A stretch of 64,000 nucleotides of DNA. Origin: Minisyncoccota bacterium (GTDB lineage Bacteria; Patescibacteriota; Minisyncoccia; Phycocordibacterales; CAJBRS01). Shown one piece after another: positions 41,166 to 51,311 of the stretch. The position numbers and the translations under genes were made by a program. Every line of letters starts with the position of its first letter. Within the stretch, counting starts at the first letter, position 1. The notes beneath the pieces are model-generated. The model ran no database searches. It was not told where the DNA came from and saw only the letters and a program-made list of their open reading frames with translations. The stretch covers positions 208,411 through 272,410 of the forward strand of contig DASRDX010000009.1 in assembly GCA_035652395.1 (NCBI GenBank), in the 5' to 3' direction.

Positions 41166-41773
41166 CCATGAATCTGGAAAATAAAATTGAAGCAATTCTG
41201 TTTTGGAAGGGCGAGCCGCTCTCTATCAAGCGGCTCGCCGACATTCTCAAAAAAGATCCAGCCGAAATTGAAGCGGCTCTTACCACTCTGGAAAGAAGGC
41301 TGGAAACCGGCGGTTTGGTTCTAATGCGAAAAGAAGATGAAGTGATGCTCGGAACCGCTCCGGCTCTTTCAAAAATGATTGAGGATCTGGCCAAGGAAGA
41401 ACTGACTAAAGATTTGGGGCGAGCCGGTCTCGAAACTCTTTCCGTTATTCTTTACAAAGGGCCGATTACCCGTCGCGAAATTGATTTTATCCGCGGAGTT
41501 AATTCCACTTTTATTTTGAGACATCTTCTGATTCGCGGTTTAGTCGAAAAAATTACTAACCCAAAAGACGAGCGAAGCTTCCTCTACAAGCCAACTTTTG
41601 AACTACTGTCTTATCTTGGGGCAAGTCGCCTGGAAAGCATCCCGAATTATCAGGAAGTTCTCACCCAATTGAATGATTTCCAAAAAGCTGAAGAGAAGTC
41701 GGAAGTCGAAAGTGAAGGAGAAACAACCAGCGAGCCTTCGGAAGAAAACCTGGAACCAGTTCAGAATGAATAG
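41162..41773 (+). CDS. scpB: Segregation and condensation protein B
   Basis: Tandem wHTH ScpB pattern IEAILFWKGEPLS...ILYKGPITRREID. Confidence 0.88.
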   Translation: MTMNLENKIEAILFWKGEPLSIKRLADILKKDPAEIEAALTTLERRLETGGLVLMRKEDEVMLGTAPALSKMIEDLAKEELTKDLGRAGLETLSVILYKGPITRREIDFIRGVNSTFILRHLLIRGLVEKITNPKDERSFLYKPTFELLSYLGASRLESIPNYQEVLTQLNDFQKAEEKSEVESEGETTSEPSEENLEPVQNE

Positions 41774-42758
41774 AATAAGAAAGGAAACTTTTAAAAAATG
41801 GGTGATTGGAACCTTAGCGGTGGTTGTTTTTTTCATTTTGGTGTATGCCCCTTCTAAACGCGACACCGTTACCAATCCAAACAACGAAGCATCTTCGACA
41901 GTCCCGGTCCCGGCGTCGCTACCAACTGTCGGTCTTTTTGATCATCTTAAACTTCAGGCCAAAGCTGCGTACGTTCTCGACATCACTACCAATCAGGTTA
42001 TCTTCGCCAAAAATGAAAACACGCCGTTGCCCCTCGCTTCCATAACCAAGCTAATGACAGCTTTTGTTGGCTCAAAATTTTTAGACGATAAGGCCACTGT
42101 AACTATCTCCACTTCTTCCGCAGCGATTGAGGGTGAGAGTGGCCTCCAGCCAAATGAGCTCTGGACTTTCAAGGATTTAAGAAATTTTACTCTGATGGTT
42201 TCTTCCAACGATGGCGCCAACGCCATCGCTTTGGCCGTTGCCACTACCATCGCCACTCATTCAAGCTCAACGGATCCGACTATCTCCGGTCTAAGTAGCA
42301 GCACTCTCGAGGCTCTCTTCGCCAATGAAATGAATACAGCAGCCGCTTCATTAAATCTTCCTACTTTGCATTTTCAAAATTCCACCGGCCTCGATGTCGA
42401 TACGACAACTCCGGGAGCAATTGGTTCGGCTAAAGATGTAAGTGAATTCTTACGCTATCTTGTTCAAACTCATCCCGATATTGTGGAAATCACTAAAAAT
42501 AATCGGTTTAAGTTCACTTCATTGAGCGGTATAAATCATACGGCGGTAAATACCGACGAAGATATCACTAGGATTTCCGGAATTATTGCTTCGAAAACCG
42601 GCTACACTTTGCTTGCTGGTGGAAACCTGGTTATTGCATATAACCCAGGACTGATTCACCCGATTATTATCACCGTGCTTGGCTCAACTGCGGCTGGCCG
42701 ATTTAGCGATACTTTGGCTCTAGCTTCCTCTACTCGCGCCTATCTCAAGAGCCAATAA
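41766..42758 (+). CDS. D-alanyl-D-alanine carboxypeptidase (peptidase S11, PBP5 family)
   Basis: SITK, SSND and KTGYT motifs. Start trimmed to ATG 41766 (MNRIRKE...), which overlaps the scpB stop. Confidence 0.8.
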   Translation: MNRIRKETFKKWVIGTLAVVVFFILVYAPSKRDTVTNPNNEASSTVPVPASLPTVGLFDHLKLQAKAAYVLDITTNQVIFAKNENTPLPLASITKLMTAFVGSKFLDDKATVTISTSSAAIEGESGLQPNELWTFKDLRNFTLMVSSNDGANAIALAVATTIATHSSSTDPTISGLSSSTLEALFANEMNTAAASLNLPTLHFQNSTGLDVDTTTPGAIGSAKDVSEFLRYLVQTHPDIVEITKNNRFKFTSLSGINHTAVNTDEDITRISGIIASKTGYTLLAGGNLVIAYNPGLIHPIIITVLGSTAAGRFSDTLALASSTRAYLKSQ

Positions 42759-42773
42759 TGCCTCTTTTTAGGC

Positions 42774-42779
42774 TATAAT
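42774..42779 (+). promoter_or_regulatory. -10 hexamer TATAAT 6 nt upstream of mraY ATG (leaderless arrangement)
   Basis: Sequence ggcTATAATtctcctATG. Confidence 0.4.
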
Positions 42780-42785
42780 TCTCCT

Positions 42786-43841
42786 ATGATTCTCAGTACG
42801 GTTAAAGTCTTTGTCCCCGCCATTCTTTCCTTTCTGGTCGGTCTGGCTATTACGCCAAGCATTAGCAACATTCTCTATCGGCGTCGGATGTGGAAAAACC
42901 GCTCTCGAAGCGCTGAAAACAAGGATTATGTCACTCCTGAGTTTCAGAAAATCCATAATCACGGCGGCGAAACTTCAACTCCGCGAATTGGCGGCATCAT
43001 TGTCTGGCTTTCCGTTTTGATTTCCACGCTTTTACTTTCTTTGAATTCCTTTATATTTCCGAGTCGTCTGAATATTAAATTAAATTTCTTAAGTCAGAAT
43101 CAAACTTTACTGCCACTTTTTACTCTGGTTTTGGCGTCGTTGATCGGCCTTCTTGACGATCTTCTGCAAATTTATAGCACTCGAATTGAATTAAGTGACG
43201 GGCTCAATCGACGTTTGCGAGTCTTAATCGTTCTTTTTCTCGGCTCCATCGGCGCTTGGTGGTTTTATTTTAAGTTAAAAAATTTCGGCGTTCATGTGCC
43301 GTTTTGGCAGGACGTTGATTTAGGCATTTCTTTCATCCCATTTTTTATTATCGTCATGCTCGGCGTCTTTTCTGGTTCGGTCATTGATGGCATCGATGGC
43401 TTGGCCGGCGGCGTCCTGGCTTCTTCCTTTGGCGCCTACATGATCATTGCCTTTGTTCACAACCAGATTGACTTGGCCGCCTTCTGCGCCGTGATTGTCG
43501 GCGGAATTCTGGCTTTCTTATGGTTCAATATTCCACCCGCTCGCTTTTATATGGGGGAGACAGGCATGCTGGGACTAACCGTTACTCTGGCTATCATCGC
43601 TTTTCTGACGAATTCCGTTTTAGTTTTGCCTTTAATCGCTTTTCCGCTTTTCATTACTTCTCTTTCAGTAATTATTCAGAGAATTGCTAAAACCAGATTT
43701 AATCGAAAGATTTTTATAGTAGCGCCGCTCCATCATCATTTTGAGGCCTCCGGTTGGCCATCTTACAAAGTAACGATGCGCTTCTGGATTATTTCCGTTG
43801 TCTTCGCCTTAATCGGAGCAATTATTGCTATCATAAGTTGA
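42786..43841 (+). CDS. mraY: Phospho-N-acetylmuramoyl-pentapeptide transferase
   Basis: GT4 (MraY/WecA) pattern: TPRIGG, DDLLQIY and IDGIDGLAGG motifs. Confidence 0.8.
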   Translation: MILSTVKVFVPAILSFLVGLAITPSISNILYRRRMWKNRSRSAENKDYVTPEFQKIHNHGGETSTPRIGGIIVWLSVLISTLLLSLNSFIFPSRLNIKLNFLSQNQTLLPLFTLVLASLIGLLDDLLQIYSTRIELSDGLNRRLRVLIVLFLGSIGAWWFYFKLKNFGVHVPFWQDVDLGISFIPFFIIVMLGVFSGSVIDGIDGLAGGVLASSFGAYMIIAFVHNQIDLAAFCAVIVGGILAFLWFNIPPARFYMGETGMLGLTVTLAIIAFLTNSVLVLPLIAFPLFITSLSVIIQRIAKTRFNRKIFIVAPLHHHFEASGWPSYKVTMRFWIISVVFALIGAIIAIIS

Positions 43842-44935
43842 TGAAAGCTGTCGACAAACCATTTTTGATTTCTATCCTGATCTTAGTCATTGCTGGTCTT
43901 TTTATTTTTAGTTCAGCCTCTCTCGGACTTTTAGCCGGCAGCGGCGCCACCTTTAAATCCGTTCTGATAAACCAAATAGTTTTGGGAGTGGTGCTGGGGT
44001 CGCTGGCCTGTTATATCAACAATAAAATTCCATATAAGTTCTGGCGAAAATACGCTCTTTTTATCTTTGTCGGCTCCATCTTATCGGTGCTCCTAATTTT
44101 TGTTCCTCATATTGGATTCAAATACAATGGCGCCAGGCGCTGGATTAGTTTAGGTAGTTTTTCTCTGCAACCATCAGAGATTTTCAAAGTTGGTTTTGTT
44201 ATCTATTTTGCCGCTTGGCTTTCGGGTGTAAAGCAAAAAGTGGATACTTTTAAATATGGCAGCCTGCCATTCGCCATTTTAATTGCCATCGCTGCCATCC
44301 TAATGTTAATAGAACCTGACACCGCCACCTTCGGAGTGATTTTTATTGCCGGACTTTCAATGTTTGTGGTTGCAGGTTGTCGTTGGCGGGATCTTTTTAT
44401 TCTGGGACTTATCGGCATTATCGGCATCGGGGTTTTATATGTCAGTCGCCCTTACATTCGACAGCGAATTGATACTTTTATCCATCCGGCCAATGACGCA
44501 CTGGGGAGCGGCTACCAAATTCAGCAGTCCTTAATCGCCATAGGAGCCGGGCGACTTACCGGTAGGGGATTTGGTCAAAGTATTCAGAAATTCAATTATT
44601 TACCGGAGCCGATTGGCGACTCTATTTTTGCCGTGGCAGCAGAAGAATTCGGTTTTGTGGGCGCTAGTTTAATTATTTTGCTTTATCTTTTCTTTACCTT
44701 TCGTGGCCTGCGCATTGCGGCTCAAACCCCGGATCTCTTCGGTAGACTATTAGTAACAGGGCTTGTTATACTGATTTTAGCCGAGTCCTTCATTAATATT
44801 GCTTCCATGTTGGGTATTTTGCCGGTTTCCGGAATTCCGCTTCTCTTTATCAGTCACGGTGGCACCGCTCTTTTTTTCACTTTGGCCGAAGTCGGAATTA
44901 TTTTAAATGTCTCACGATACACATCCAAAAGATAA
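43841..44935 (+). CDS. ftsW: SEDS-family peptidoglycan polymerase FtsW/RodA
   Basis: Ten-TM SEDS pattern. ATG overlaps the mraY stop (TGATG). Confidence 0.82.
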   Translation: MKAVDKPFLISILILVIAGLFIFSSASLGLLAGSGATFKSVLINQIVLGVVLGSLACYINNKIPYKFWRKYALFIFVGSILSVLLIFVPHIGFKYNGARRWISLGSFSLQPSEIFKVGFVIYFAAWLSGVKQKVDTFKYGSLPFAILIAIAAILMLIEPDTATFGVIFIAGLSMFVVAGCRWRDLFILGLIGIIGIGVLYVSRPYIRQRIDTFIHPANDALGSGYQIQQSLIAIGAGRLTGRGFGQSIQKFNYLPEPIGDSIFAVAAEEFGFVGASLIILLYLFFTFRGLRIAAQTPDLFGRLLVTGLVILILAESFINIASMLGILPVSGIPLLFISHGGTALFFTLAEVGIILNVSRYTSKR

Positions 44936-45008
44936 GTTATAGAGTTTATAAAGTTCATAAAGACTACTTTACGGACTTTTAAACCTTAAGAACTTCTAAC
45001 CTTTTAAA

Positions 45009-46136
45009 ATGAAAATTGTTTTCTGTGGTGGAGGGACGGGCGGACATTTCTATCCACTAATTGCCGTGGCCGAGGAATTGCGAGCTGTAATGCGCGAAGA
45101 GAAATTGCTGGAAGCCCAAATATATTATTTAGCGCCGGTTCCGTATTCGAGTAAAATTCTTTTTGATCACGACATCACTTACAAGAAAATTGAGGCTGGT
45201 AAGGTCCGCCGCTACCGATCCATTTTAAATTTTTTCGACCTATTTAAAACCGGCTGGGGAGTAATACGCGCTTTATGGAAAGTCTTTTGGATTTATCCGG
45301 ATGTGGTTTTTGGCAAAGGTGGTTACATGAGTTTTCCGGTGCTTTTCGCCGCCAAACTTTTGAAAATTCCAGTAATTATTCACGAGTCCGATACGGTTCC
45401 GGGTAAAGTAAACCTCTGGGCTGGTAAGTTTGCCAGAGCCATTGCTATTTCGTATCCGGAAACAGCCAGTTATTTTCCAAAAGACAAAACGGTTTATACC
45501 GGCAATCCTATTCGCAAGGAAATTATGATTCCGGCCACAGAAGGATCATTTGAGTTTCTGAATCTTCAAAGAGAAGTTCCGACAATTTTAATTCTGGGCG
45601 GCTCGCAGGGCGCAAAAATCATTAACGAAAGATTACTCGATTGTCTGGCGCCGTTAGTAGAAAACTTTCAGGTTATTCACCAAACCGGTCGTAAAAATAT
45701 TGAAGAAGTGAAAGGGCGGGCCAAAGTCATCTTGGAGAAACGACCGCACCCGGAAAGATATAAACCTTTTGATTATCTAAATGATTTGGCTCTACGAATG
45801 GCGGCCGGTGCCAGTAAATTGGTAATTTCTCGCAGCGGTTCCACTTTATTTGAAATTGCCGCCTGGGGGTTGCCCAGCATCATGATCCCTATTCCGGAAA
45901 AAGTTAGTCATGATCAACGCGAAAATGCTTATGCGTATGCCAGAAGTGGAGCGGCGGTGGTGATTGAGCAGGAGAATCTGACACCGGAAATTATGCTTTC
46001 CGAGATAAAAAGAATTATGACTAATCCGGAAATTTATCAGAAAATGCAGAAGGCGGCTAAAGATTTTGCCAAACTGGACGCAGCCAAGAAAATTGCCCAA
46101 GAAATCATTGCCTTGGGATTGGAACACCAGAACTAG
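45009..46136 (+). CDS. murG: UDP-GlcNAc:lipid I N-acetylglucosaminyltransferase
   Basis: GGGTGGHFYP motif and GT28 pattern. Confidence 0.93.
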   Translation: MKIVFCGGGTGGHFYPLIAVAEELRAVMREEKLLEAQIYYLAPVPYSSKILFDHDITYKKIEAGKVRRYRSILNFFDLFKTGWGVIRALWKVFWIYPDVVFGKGGYMSFPVLFAAKLLKIPVIIHESDTVPGKVNLWAGKFARAIAISYPETASYFPKDKTVYTGNPIRKEIMIPATEGSFEFLNLQREVPTILILGGSQGAKIINERLLDCLAPLVENFQVIHQTGRKNIEEVKGRAKVILEKRPHPERYKPFDYLNDLALRMAAGASKLVISRSGSTLFEIAAWGLPSIMIPIPEKVSHDQRENAYAYARSGAAVVIEQENLTPEIMLSEIKRIMTNPEIYQKMQKAAKDFAKLDAAKKIAQEIIALGLEHQN

Positions 46137-46139
46137 ATT

Positions 46140-47513
46140 ATGGAGCAAACTAATAAACCGAAAATTATCACTCGTTTTCCACCGAGTCCGACCGGTTTTC
46201 TTCATATTGGTCGGGCTCGTACCGCTCTTTTTAATTTTTTATTTACCCGGAAAAACGGCGGAGAAATGGTTTTCCGATTGGAAGATACCGACAAGGAAAG
46301 ATCCAAAAGCGAATTCGAGCAGGATATTGTTGAAAGTTTAAAGTGGCTGGGTATTTCATATGATCAAGGCCCTTTTAGGCAATCAGAGAGGACGGGAGAA
46401 TATCAAAAATATTTAAAGAGGCTTCTGGAAAGTGGAGCAGCTTATAAATCAATAGAACCCAAAAAAGAAAATCCCACTGAAAATATAGAAGTGGTGCGCT
46501 TCAAGAATCCAAATAAGAAAATTAAATGGAATGATTTAATTCGCGGCGAAGTTGAGTTTGATACAACGGATTTGAAGGATTTTGTCATTGCCCGAACTAT
46601 CGATGATCCGCTTTATCATCTGACAGTGGTAGTAGATGACTTTGAAATGGGAATTACCCACGTCCTTCGGGGTGAGGATCATATTTCAAATACACCGCGC
46701 CAGATTTTAATTCAGGAAGCGATTGGGGCGCCACGACCAGTGTATGCTCACATTCCTCTAATTCTGGCGCCGGATCGTTCAAAACTTTCAGGCCGACACG
46801 GAGCAGTCAGTGTGACAGAGTATCGCGCGATGGGGTATCTACCGGAGGCTTTAGTTAATTATCTGGCGTTACTTGGCTGGAATCCGGGGACAGAGCAAGA
46901 AATTTTTTCAATGGAAGAATTGATTGGTGAGTTTGATATCGGAGCGGTTCAGAAAGGTGGCGCCATTTTTGATTTGGTGAAATTAAAATGGATTAATAAG
47001 GAACATATTAAGTTGATGCCGGAGGAAGGGTTTGCTGAGGAAGTAAAGAAGTGGCTGCCGGAAGAAATTAAAGAGGCGGCAAAATTTTCGACTGTTTTTC
47101 CGAAAATTTTGCCTCTCCTTCGAGAGCGTATTTCTACTTTTGGAGAGCTTAAAGAAATGGCCGAAGCGGGTGAAATTCAGTACTTTTTTGAGCCGCCTCA
47201 ATATGACCCTCAAAGTCTCCTTTGTCCGCCTAAACAGCGAAAGGGTCAGGAGCTGGAATTAGGGGCCTTAAAACCGATTTTAGAGGCTTTAAAGGGCTTA
47301 TTAGAGCCACTTTTAGACAATTTTGACCGAAATTTTATAAAGGATACAATTTGGCCATACGCGGAAAAGCAGGGTAGAGCGGTAGTCCTTTGGGCCATGC
47401 GATATGCATTAAGCGGCCGCGACAAATCGCCCGATCCTTTCACCTTGGCCGAGATTCTCGGCAAAGACGAAACCTTGAGACGTTTAGATAATGCCATTTC
47501 TAAAATTAAATAA
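46140..47513 (+). CDS. gltX: Glutamyl-tRNA synthetase
   Basis: PSPTGFLHIG HIGH motif and KLSGR KMSKS-like motif. Confidence 0.94.
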   Translation: MEQTNKPKIITRFPPSPTGFLHIGRARTALFNFLFTRKNGGEMVFRLEDTDKERSKSEFEQDIVESLKWLGISYDQGPFRQSERTGEYQKYLKRLLESGAAYKSIEPKKENPTENIEVVRFKNPNKKIKWNDLIRGEVEFDTTDLKDFVIARTIDDPLYHLTVVVDDFEMGITHVLRGEDHISNTPRQILIQEAIGAPRPVYAHIPLILAPDRSKLSGRHGAVSVTEYRAMGYLPEALVNYLALLGWNPGTEQEIFSMEELIGEFDIGAVQKGGAIFDLVKLKWINKEHIKLMPEEGFAEEVKKWLPEEIKEAAKFSTVFPKILPLLRERISTFGELKEMAEAGEIQYFFEPPQYDPQSLLCPPKQRKGQELELGALKPILEALKGLLEPLLDNFDRNFIKDTIWPYAEKQGRAVVLWAMRYALSGRDKSPDPFTLAEILGKDETLRRLDNAISKIK

Positions 47514-48813
47514 AAAATTATTACTTGTCGGCTTCCTCATTCTAGTGGCGGCAGGCGTTTTGTTAGTCCGCCTGCCGCTCTCCACTGCCCGTGCCGACGA
47601 TGTCTCCGACCTTCAAGCTCAAATCGATCAGCGTAACGCCAATATCGCTCAACTGGAAAAAGAAATTGCTCAATATCAGGCCTTGGCCGACAAGACCAGC
47701 GCTCAAGCCAAGACTTTGCAAAATGCTATCGCCACTTTGCAAGCCAGTCAGAAAAAACTCGACGCCAGCATTAAAGTAACTCAAGATAAAATCGCCGCGG
47801 CTAACTTGGATATTCAAAAACTGGGAATTCAAATTACTGATAAACAGCAGGATATTAAAACAAATCAGGAAGTCATTGCCCAGGCCCTACGTAGCATTCA
47901 GCAAACTGATTCTGAAAGTCTTATTACTTCTTTTCTTAGCCGGAAAAATTTAGGTGATTTTTGGAATGATGTTCAAAATCTCATCACCTTTCAAAATCGG
48001 GTACGAGATAGAGTGCAAGATCTAGAGAATACCAAAGCCGGGCTGGAGAAGGATCAAGCGTCCACCACCGCTGAAAAAGTAAATCTTCAGAATTATCAGA
48101 ATCAGTTAAGCGATCAGGAAAAAGTAATCGCTTATAACAAACAGCAGCAGTCAAAACTTCTGACCGAAACTAAAAATCAGGAAAAAATTTATCAGCAGAC
48201 GATTGCCGAGAAGCAGGCAAAAAAAGCGGCCTTTGAAAAAGAGCTTTACGATTACGAGTCGCAATTGAAGTTTAAATTAAATCCGAGCAGCTTGCCAAAA
48301 GCCGGGTCGGCCGTGCTTTCCTGGCCTCTTGATAAGATCCGAATCACTCAATTATTCGGCGTCACTAACGCTTCGGCTCGATTGTACGTTTCCGGCTCTC
48401 ACAACGGTGTAGATTTTGCCGCCAGTGTCGGCACCCCGGTGAAAGCAGCGGCTGACGGTACAGTAGAAGGCGCGGCTGATACGGATTTAGTTTGTCCGGG
48501 GGCTTCATTCGGTCGTTACGTTTTTATTCGCCATTATGATGGTCTAGCCACCACTTACGGTCACCTTTCAGTCATCTCCGTGAAGGAGGGTCAGCAAGTA
48601 AAAAGAGGAGAGGTTATTGGTTACAGCGGCTCAACAGGTTACGCTACCGGTCCTCACCTTCATTTGAGTGTGTACGCTTCAGCTGCTGTCACCATGCAAA
48701 ATCTTCCCAGCAAAGTCTGCGGCAACCGTATTTATCGTTTACCAATCGCCGCTACTAACGGCTATTTAGATCCAATGTTATATCTGCCAGCATATAGCGG
48801 TCCAACGCAATAA
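47491..48813 (+). CDS. M23 peptidase with N-terminal signal/TM and long coiled coil (EnvC-like)
   Basis: Gln-rich coiled coil, then HNGVDF...GPHLHL M23 catalytic motifs. Confidence 0.85.
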   Translation: MPFLKLNKKLLLVGFLILVAAGVLLVRLPLSTARADDVSDLQAQIDQRNANIAQLEKEIAQYQALADKTSAQAKTLQNAIATLQASQKKLDASIKVTQDKIAAANLDIQKLGIQITDKQQDIKTNQEVIAQALRSIQQTDSESLITSFLSRKNLGDFWNDVQNLITFQNRVRDRVQDLENTKAGLEKDQASTTAEKVNLQNYQNQLSDQEKVIAYNKQQQSKLLTETKNQEKIYQQTIAEKQAKKAAFEKELYDYESQLKFKLNPSSLPKAGSAVLSWPLDKIRITQLFGVTNASARLYVSGSHNGVDFAASVGTPVKAAADGTVEGAADTDLVCPGASFGRYVFIRHYDGLATTYGHLSVISVKEGQQVKRGEVIGYSGSTGYATGPHLHLSVYASAAVTMQNLPSKVCGNRIYRLPIAATNGYLDPMLYLPAYSGPTQ

Positions 48814-48850
48814 AAAACTTCGTGCAAACAAAAGGAACTAATAAAAATAT

Positions 48851-48859
48851 TGCTATAAT
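48851..48859 (+). promoter_or_regulatory. Extended -10 TGcTATAAT 6 nt upstream of asnB ATG
   Basis: Sequence atatTGCTATAATagttttATG. Confidence 0.45.
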
Positions 48860-48865
48860 AGTTTT

Positions 48866-50710
48866 ATGTGCGGGATTGCCGGAATAGTCGGACAAAGTAC
48901 GCCGAATAAGGAAAAAATTATTCGGGAAATGGTTGAAAGAATTCGTCATCGCGGACCCGATGGCGATGGTTTTTATGACGGAGAGAAAGCTTCCATTGGC
49001 ATGCGGCGCCTTAGTATTATTGACCTATCCACCGGAGACCAGCCGATTTGGAACGAAACTAAAGATATTGGCATCGTTTTTAACGGTGAAATCTACAATT
49101 ATAAAATTCTTCGAGAAGAACTCCTTCAGCAAAACCACATTCTAAAGACTCACAGCGATACAGAAACACTGGTTCATTTATATGAGCAACACGGACCGGA
49201 GATGCTTTTAAAGTTGCGCGGAATGTTTACTTTCGCCATTTATGACAAAAGAAAGGAGGAACTTTTCGTGGCACGGGATTATTTTGGTATCAAACCTCTC
49301 TACTATTTCTTTGACGACTGGAAGCTGAAAGCTTTCGGCTCGGAAATTAAATCGATCCTGCTTCATCCGGATTTCAAGCCGGAATTAAATGAGAAAGCTA
49401 TTTTTAATTATCTTTCATACCAATACAATCCGTTTAAAGAAACTTTTTTTCGGCGAATTCATAAACTTTTGCCCGGTCACTATTTGCGAATTGATTTAAA
49501 TGATCAGAGTATTAAAGAAGAGAAATACTGGGGCTACCAGTTTCGAGAAAAAAATATCGATGAGGAGAAATTGAAGCGGGAAGTCCGAGAGGGAATTGAA
49601 GATTCGGTGCGAGCGCATATGATTGCCGATGTACCGGTTGGTGCTTTTCTTTCTGGAGGAATTGATAGCGCCGTCATTGTCGCCATGATGAGTAAAGTCA
49701 GAAAAGAAACCGGCGACAATCTGAAGACCTTCACTATTGGGTTCAACGAAGTCAGTGAGCAGAGCGAAGCTAAAGTGATGGCTGATCTTCTGGGGACGGA
49801 ACATACGGAAATCAGCGTTAATTCAGAAGAATATTTTAGAGAGATGCCAAAAATTGTCTGGCATTTTGATGAGCCTGTAGCCGATCCTTCGGCAGTAGCG
49901 CTTTATTTTTTGGCCAGAGAAGCCCGAAGGCACGTTAAAGTAGTGCTTAGTGGCGAGGGAAGCGACGAGCTTTTCGGCGGCTACAACATTTATCGCGAGC
50001 CTTTTGCTCTGGCGTATGCCAAATGGCTCCCAAAATCTTTGATTAGATTCTTCGCCAATCTGCCTTTTGATTTCTATGGACGCAATTATCTTCAACGTGT
50101 TCTTCTGCCAATTAGAGAGCGCTATATCGGCAACGCCTACGTTTTCCATCCGGCTGAAATAGAAAAACTTTGGAAAAGTAATCCGAACGAAAAGTTCAAC
50201 CTCAACCCACTTTACGATCAGGTCAAAACCCAGACTGATTCAGCCAAAATGCAGTTCATTGATATTCACACCTGGCTCCCAGGCGACATTCTGGCCAAGG
50301 CGGACAAAATGACTATGGCCAATTCTCTGGAGCTGCGAGTGCCGTTTTTGGATGTGGAAATTGCTAAAATTTCTGGCCGCATTCCAGAAGAATTGAAATA
50401 TAAAAATGGTAAAACCAAATACATTCTGCGCGAAGCTTTTGAAGGGATCTTACCTAAGGCCACGGCTGATCGTAAGAAGCTTGGTTTTCCCACCCCAATT
50501 CGCGCTTGGCTAAAAGATCCGAAAAAAGCCGAAGTTATTTTAAAAACGATTACCGATAATGAATATATCAGTGCTAAATTCAGTTTGAAATATATTAAGG
50601 AACTTTCTGAAAATCATCTTAATCGAAAAGAGGACAATGCCCGCAAACTCTATCTCTTATACATGCTGGCCCTTTGGTATAATGTCTTTATCAAAAATGA
50701 CGCACACTAA
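48866..50710 (+). CDS. asnB: Asparagine synthetase (glutamine-hydrolysing)
   Basis: N-terminal MCGIAG nucleophile, SGGIDS PP-loop. Confidence 0.95.
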   Translation: MCGIAGIVGQSTPNKEKIIREMVERIRHRGPDGDGFYDGEKASIGMRRLSIIDLSTGDQPIWNETKDIGIVFNGEIYNYKILREELLQQNHILKTHSDTETLVHLYEQHGPEMLLKLRGMFTFAIYDKRKEELFVARDYFGIKPLYYFFDDWKLKAFGSEIKSILLHPDFKPELNEKAIFNYLSYQYNPFKETFFRRIHKLLPGHYLRIDLNDQSIKEEKYWGYQFREKNIDEEKLKREVREGIEDSVRAHMIADVPVGAFLSGGIDSAVIVAMMSKVRKETGDNLKTFTIGFNEVSEQSEAKVMADLLGTEHTEISVNSEEYFREMPKIVWHFDEPVADPSAVALYFLAREARRHVKVVLSGEGSDELFGGYNIYREPFALAYAKWLPKSLIRFFANLPFDFYGRNYLQRVLLPIRERYIGNAYVFHPAEIEKLWKSNPNEKFNLNPLYDQVKTQTDSAKMQFIDIHTWLPGDILAKADKMTMANSLELRVPFLDVEIAKISGRIPEELKYKNGKTKYILREAFEGILPKATADRKKLGFPTPIRAWLKDPKKAEVILKTITDNEYISAKFSLKYIKELSENHLNRKEDNARKLYLLYMLALWYNVFIKNDAH

Positions 50711-50951
50711 ACGGCAGCAGGGAGGCTTTCTTCAGATCATATTGGTCTTAGTAATTGCGCTGGTGATTCTTCACTATCTTAATATCAGCCTACTTGAACT
50801 CTTAAGTAAGAAATCTGTCCACGACTTTTTTGTTTATGTATGGGATCTAACTAAAATTATTTGGCAAGATTTTCTTCTACTTCTAAACTTCATTCGCGGT
50901 ATTGTCCAAGGCCATTGACATATCTGTTTTTATATTATATTATTGAAGTAG

Positions 50952-51239
50952 ATGAAAAATGCTACTTCGAAAGCAAAAGCTAAAAAGAAGAAAAGTGGAT
51001 CTCGTCCACGAGGAAAGATTTCCCCAAAGAAGCAGGGCAGCTCTTCAAAAATCATCAGTTTTGCTAAAGCCAGCCGACTGATAAAGAAAGGACGAGTCAG
51101 ACTGAAATTCGTCGGAGGTATGGCGGAATTGGAGTTCAGTTCCGAGGTTATCCAAGAGACTGGTCATTGCCCCTGCGGTCTTATCGAGTGTGGCGGATTA
51201 ATGGCCATAAGATTCTTGGACGGGAAGCCTCTTTCTTGA
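50952..51239 (+). CDS. Hypothetical small basic Cys-containing protein
   Basis: Lys-rich N-terminal tail and HCPCG...CGG motif. Followed by an intrinsic terminator. Confidence 0.45.
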   Translation: MKNATSKAKAKKKKSGSRPRGKISPKKQGSSSKIISFAKASRLIKKGRVRLKFVGGMAELEFSSEVIQETGHCPCGLIECGGLMAIRFLDGKPLS

Positions 51240-51252
51240 ATTCAATCTATTC

Positions 51253-51285
51253 AAAGACTCTGCCCTTGGTAGAGTCTTTTTATTT
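51253..51285 (+). terminator. Intrinsic terminator after gene 50952-51239
   Basis: AAAGACTCT-gcccttggt-AGAGTCTTT followed by TTATTT. Confidence 0.75.
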
Positions 51286-51290
51286 AAATA

Positions 51291-51311
51291 AAAACTGCGC
51301 TAAAACGCAGT
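51291..51311 (-). terminator. Intrinsic terminator for minus-strand gene 51312-51611
   Basis: CTGCG-ttttag-CGCAG followed by TTTTTATTT on the minus strand. Confidence 0.6.

Noticed and set aside
41673-42758. 361-aa version of the carboxypeptidase ORF, and 43754-44935 for ftsW.
   Set aside because: The 5' extensions overlap the upstream genes (scpB, mraY). Internal ATGs at 41766 and 43841 give proper signal/TM N-termini and standard stop-start overlaps.
50637-50918. 93-aa plus-strand ORF overlapping the asnB 3' end (possible 72-aa small membrane protein from ATG 50700).
   Set aside because: Mostly overlaps asnB. No promoter or terminator support. Hydrophobic but low-complexity. Left unannotated.
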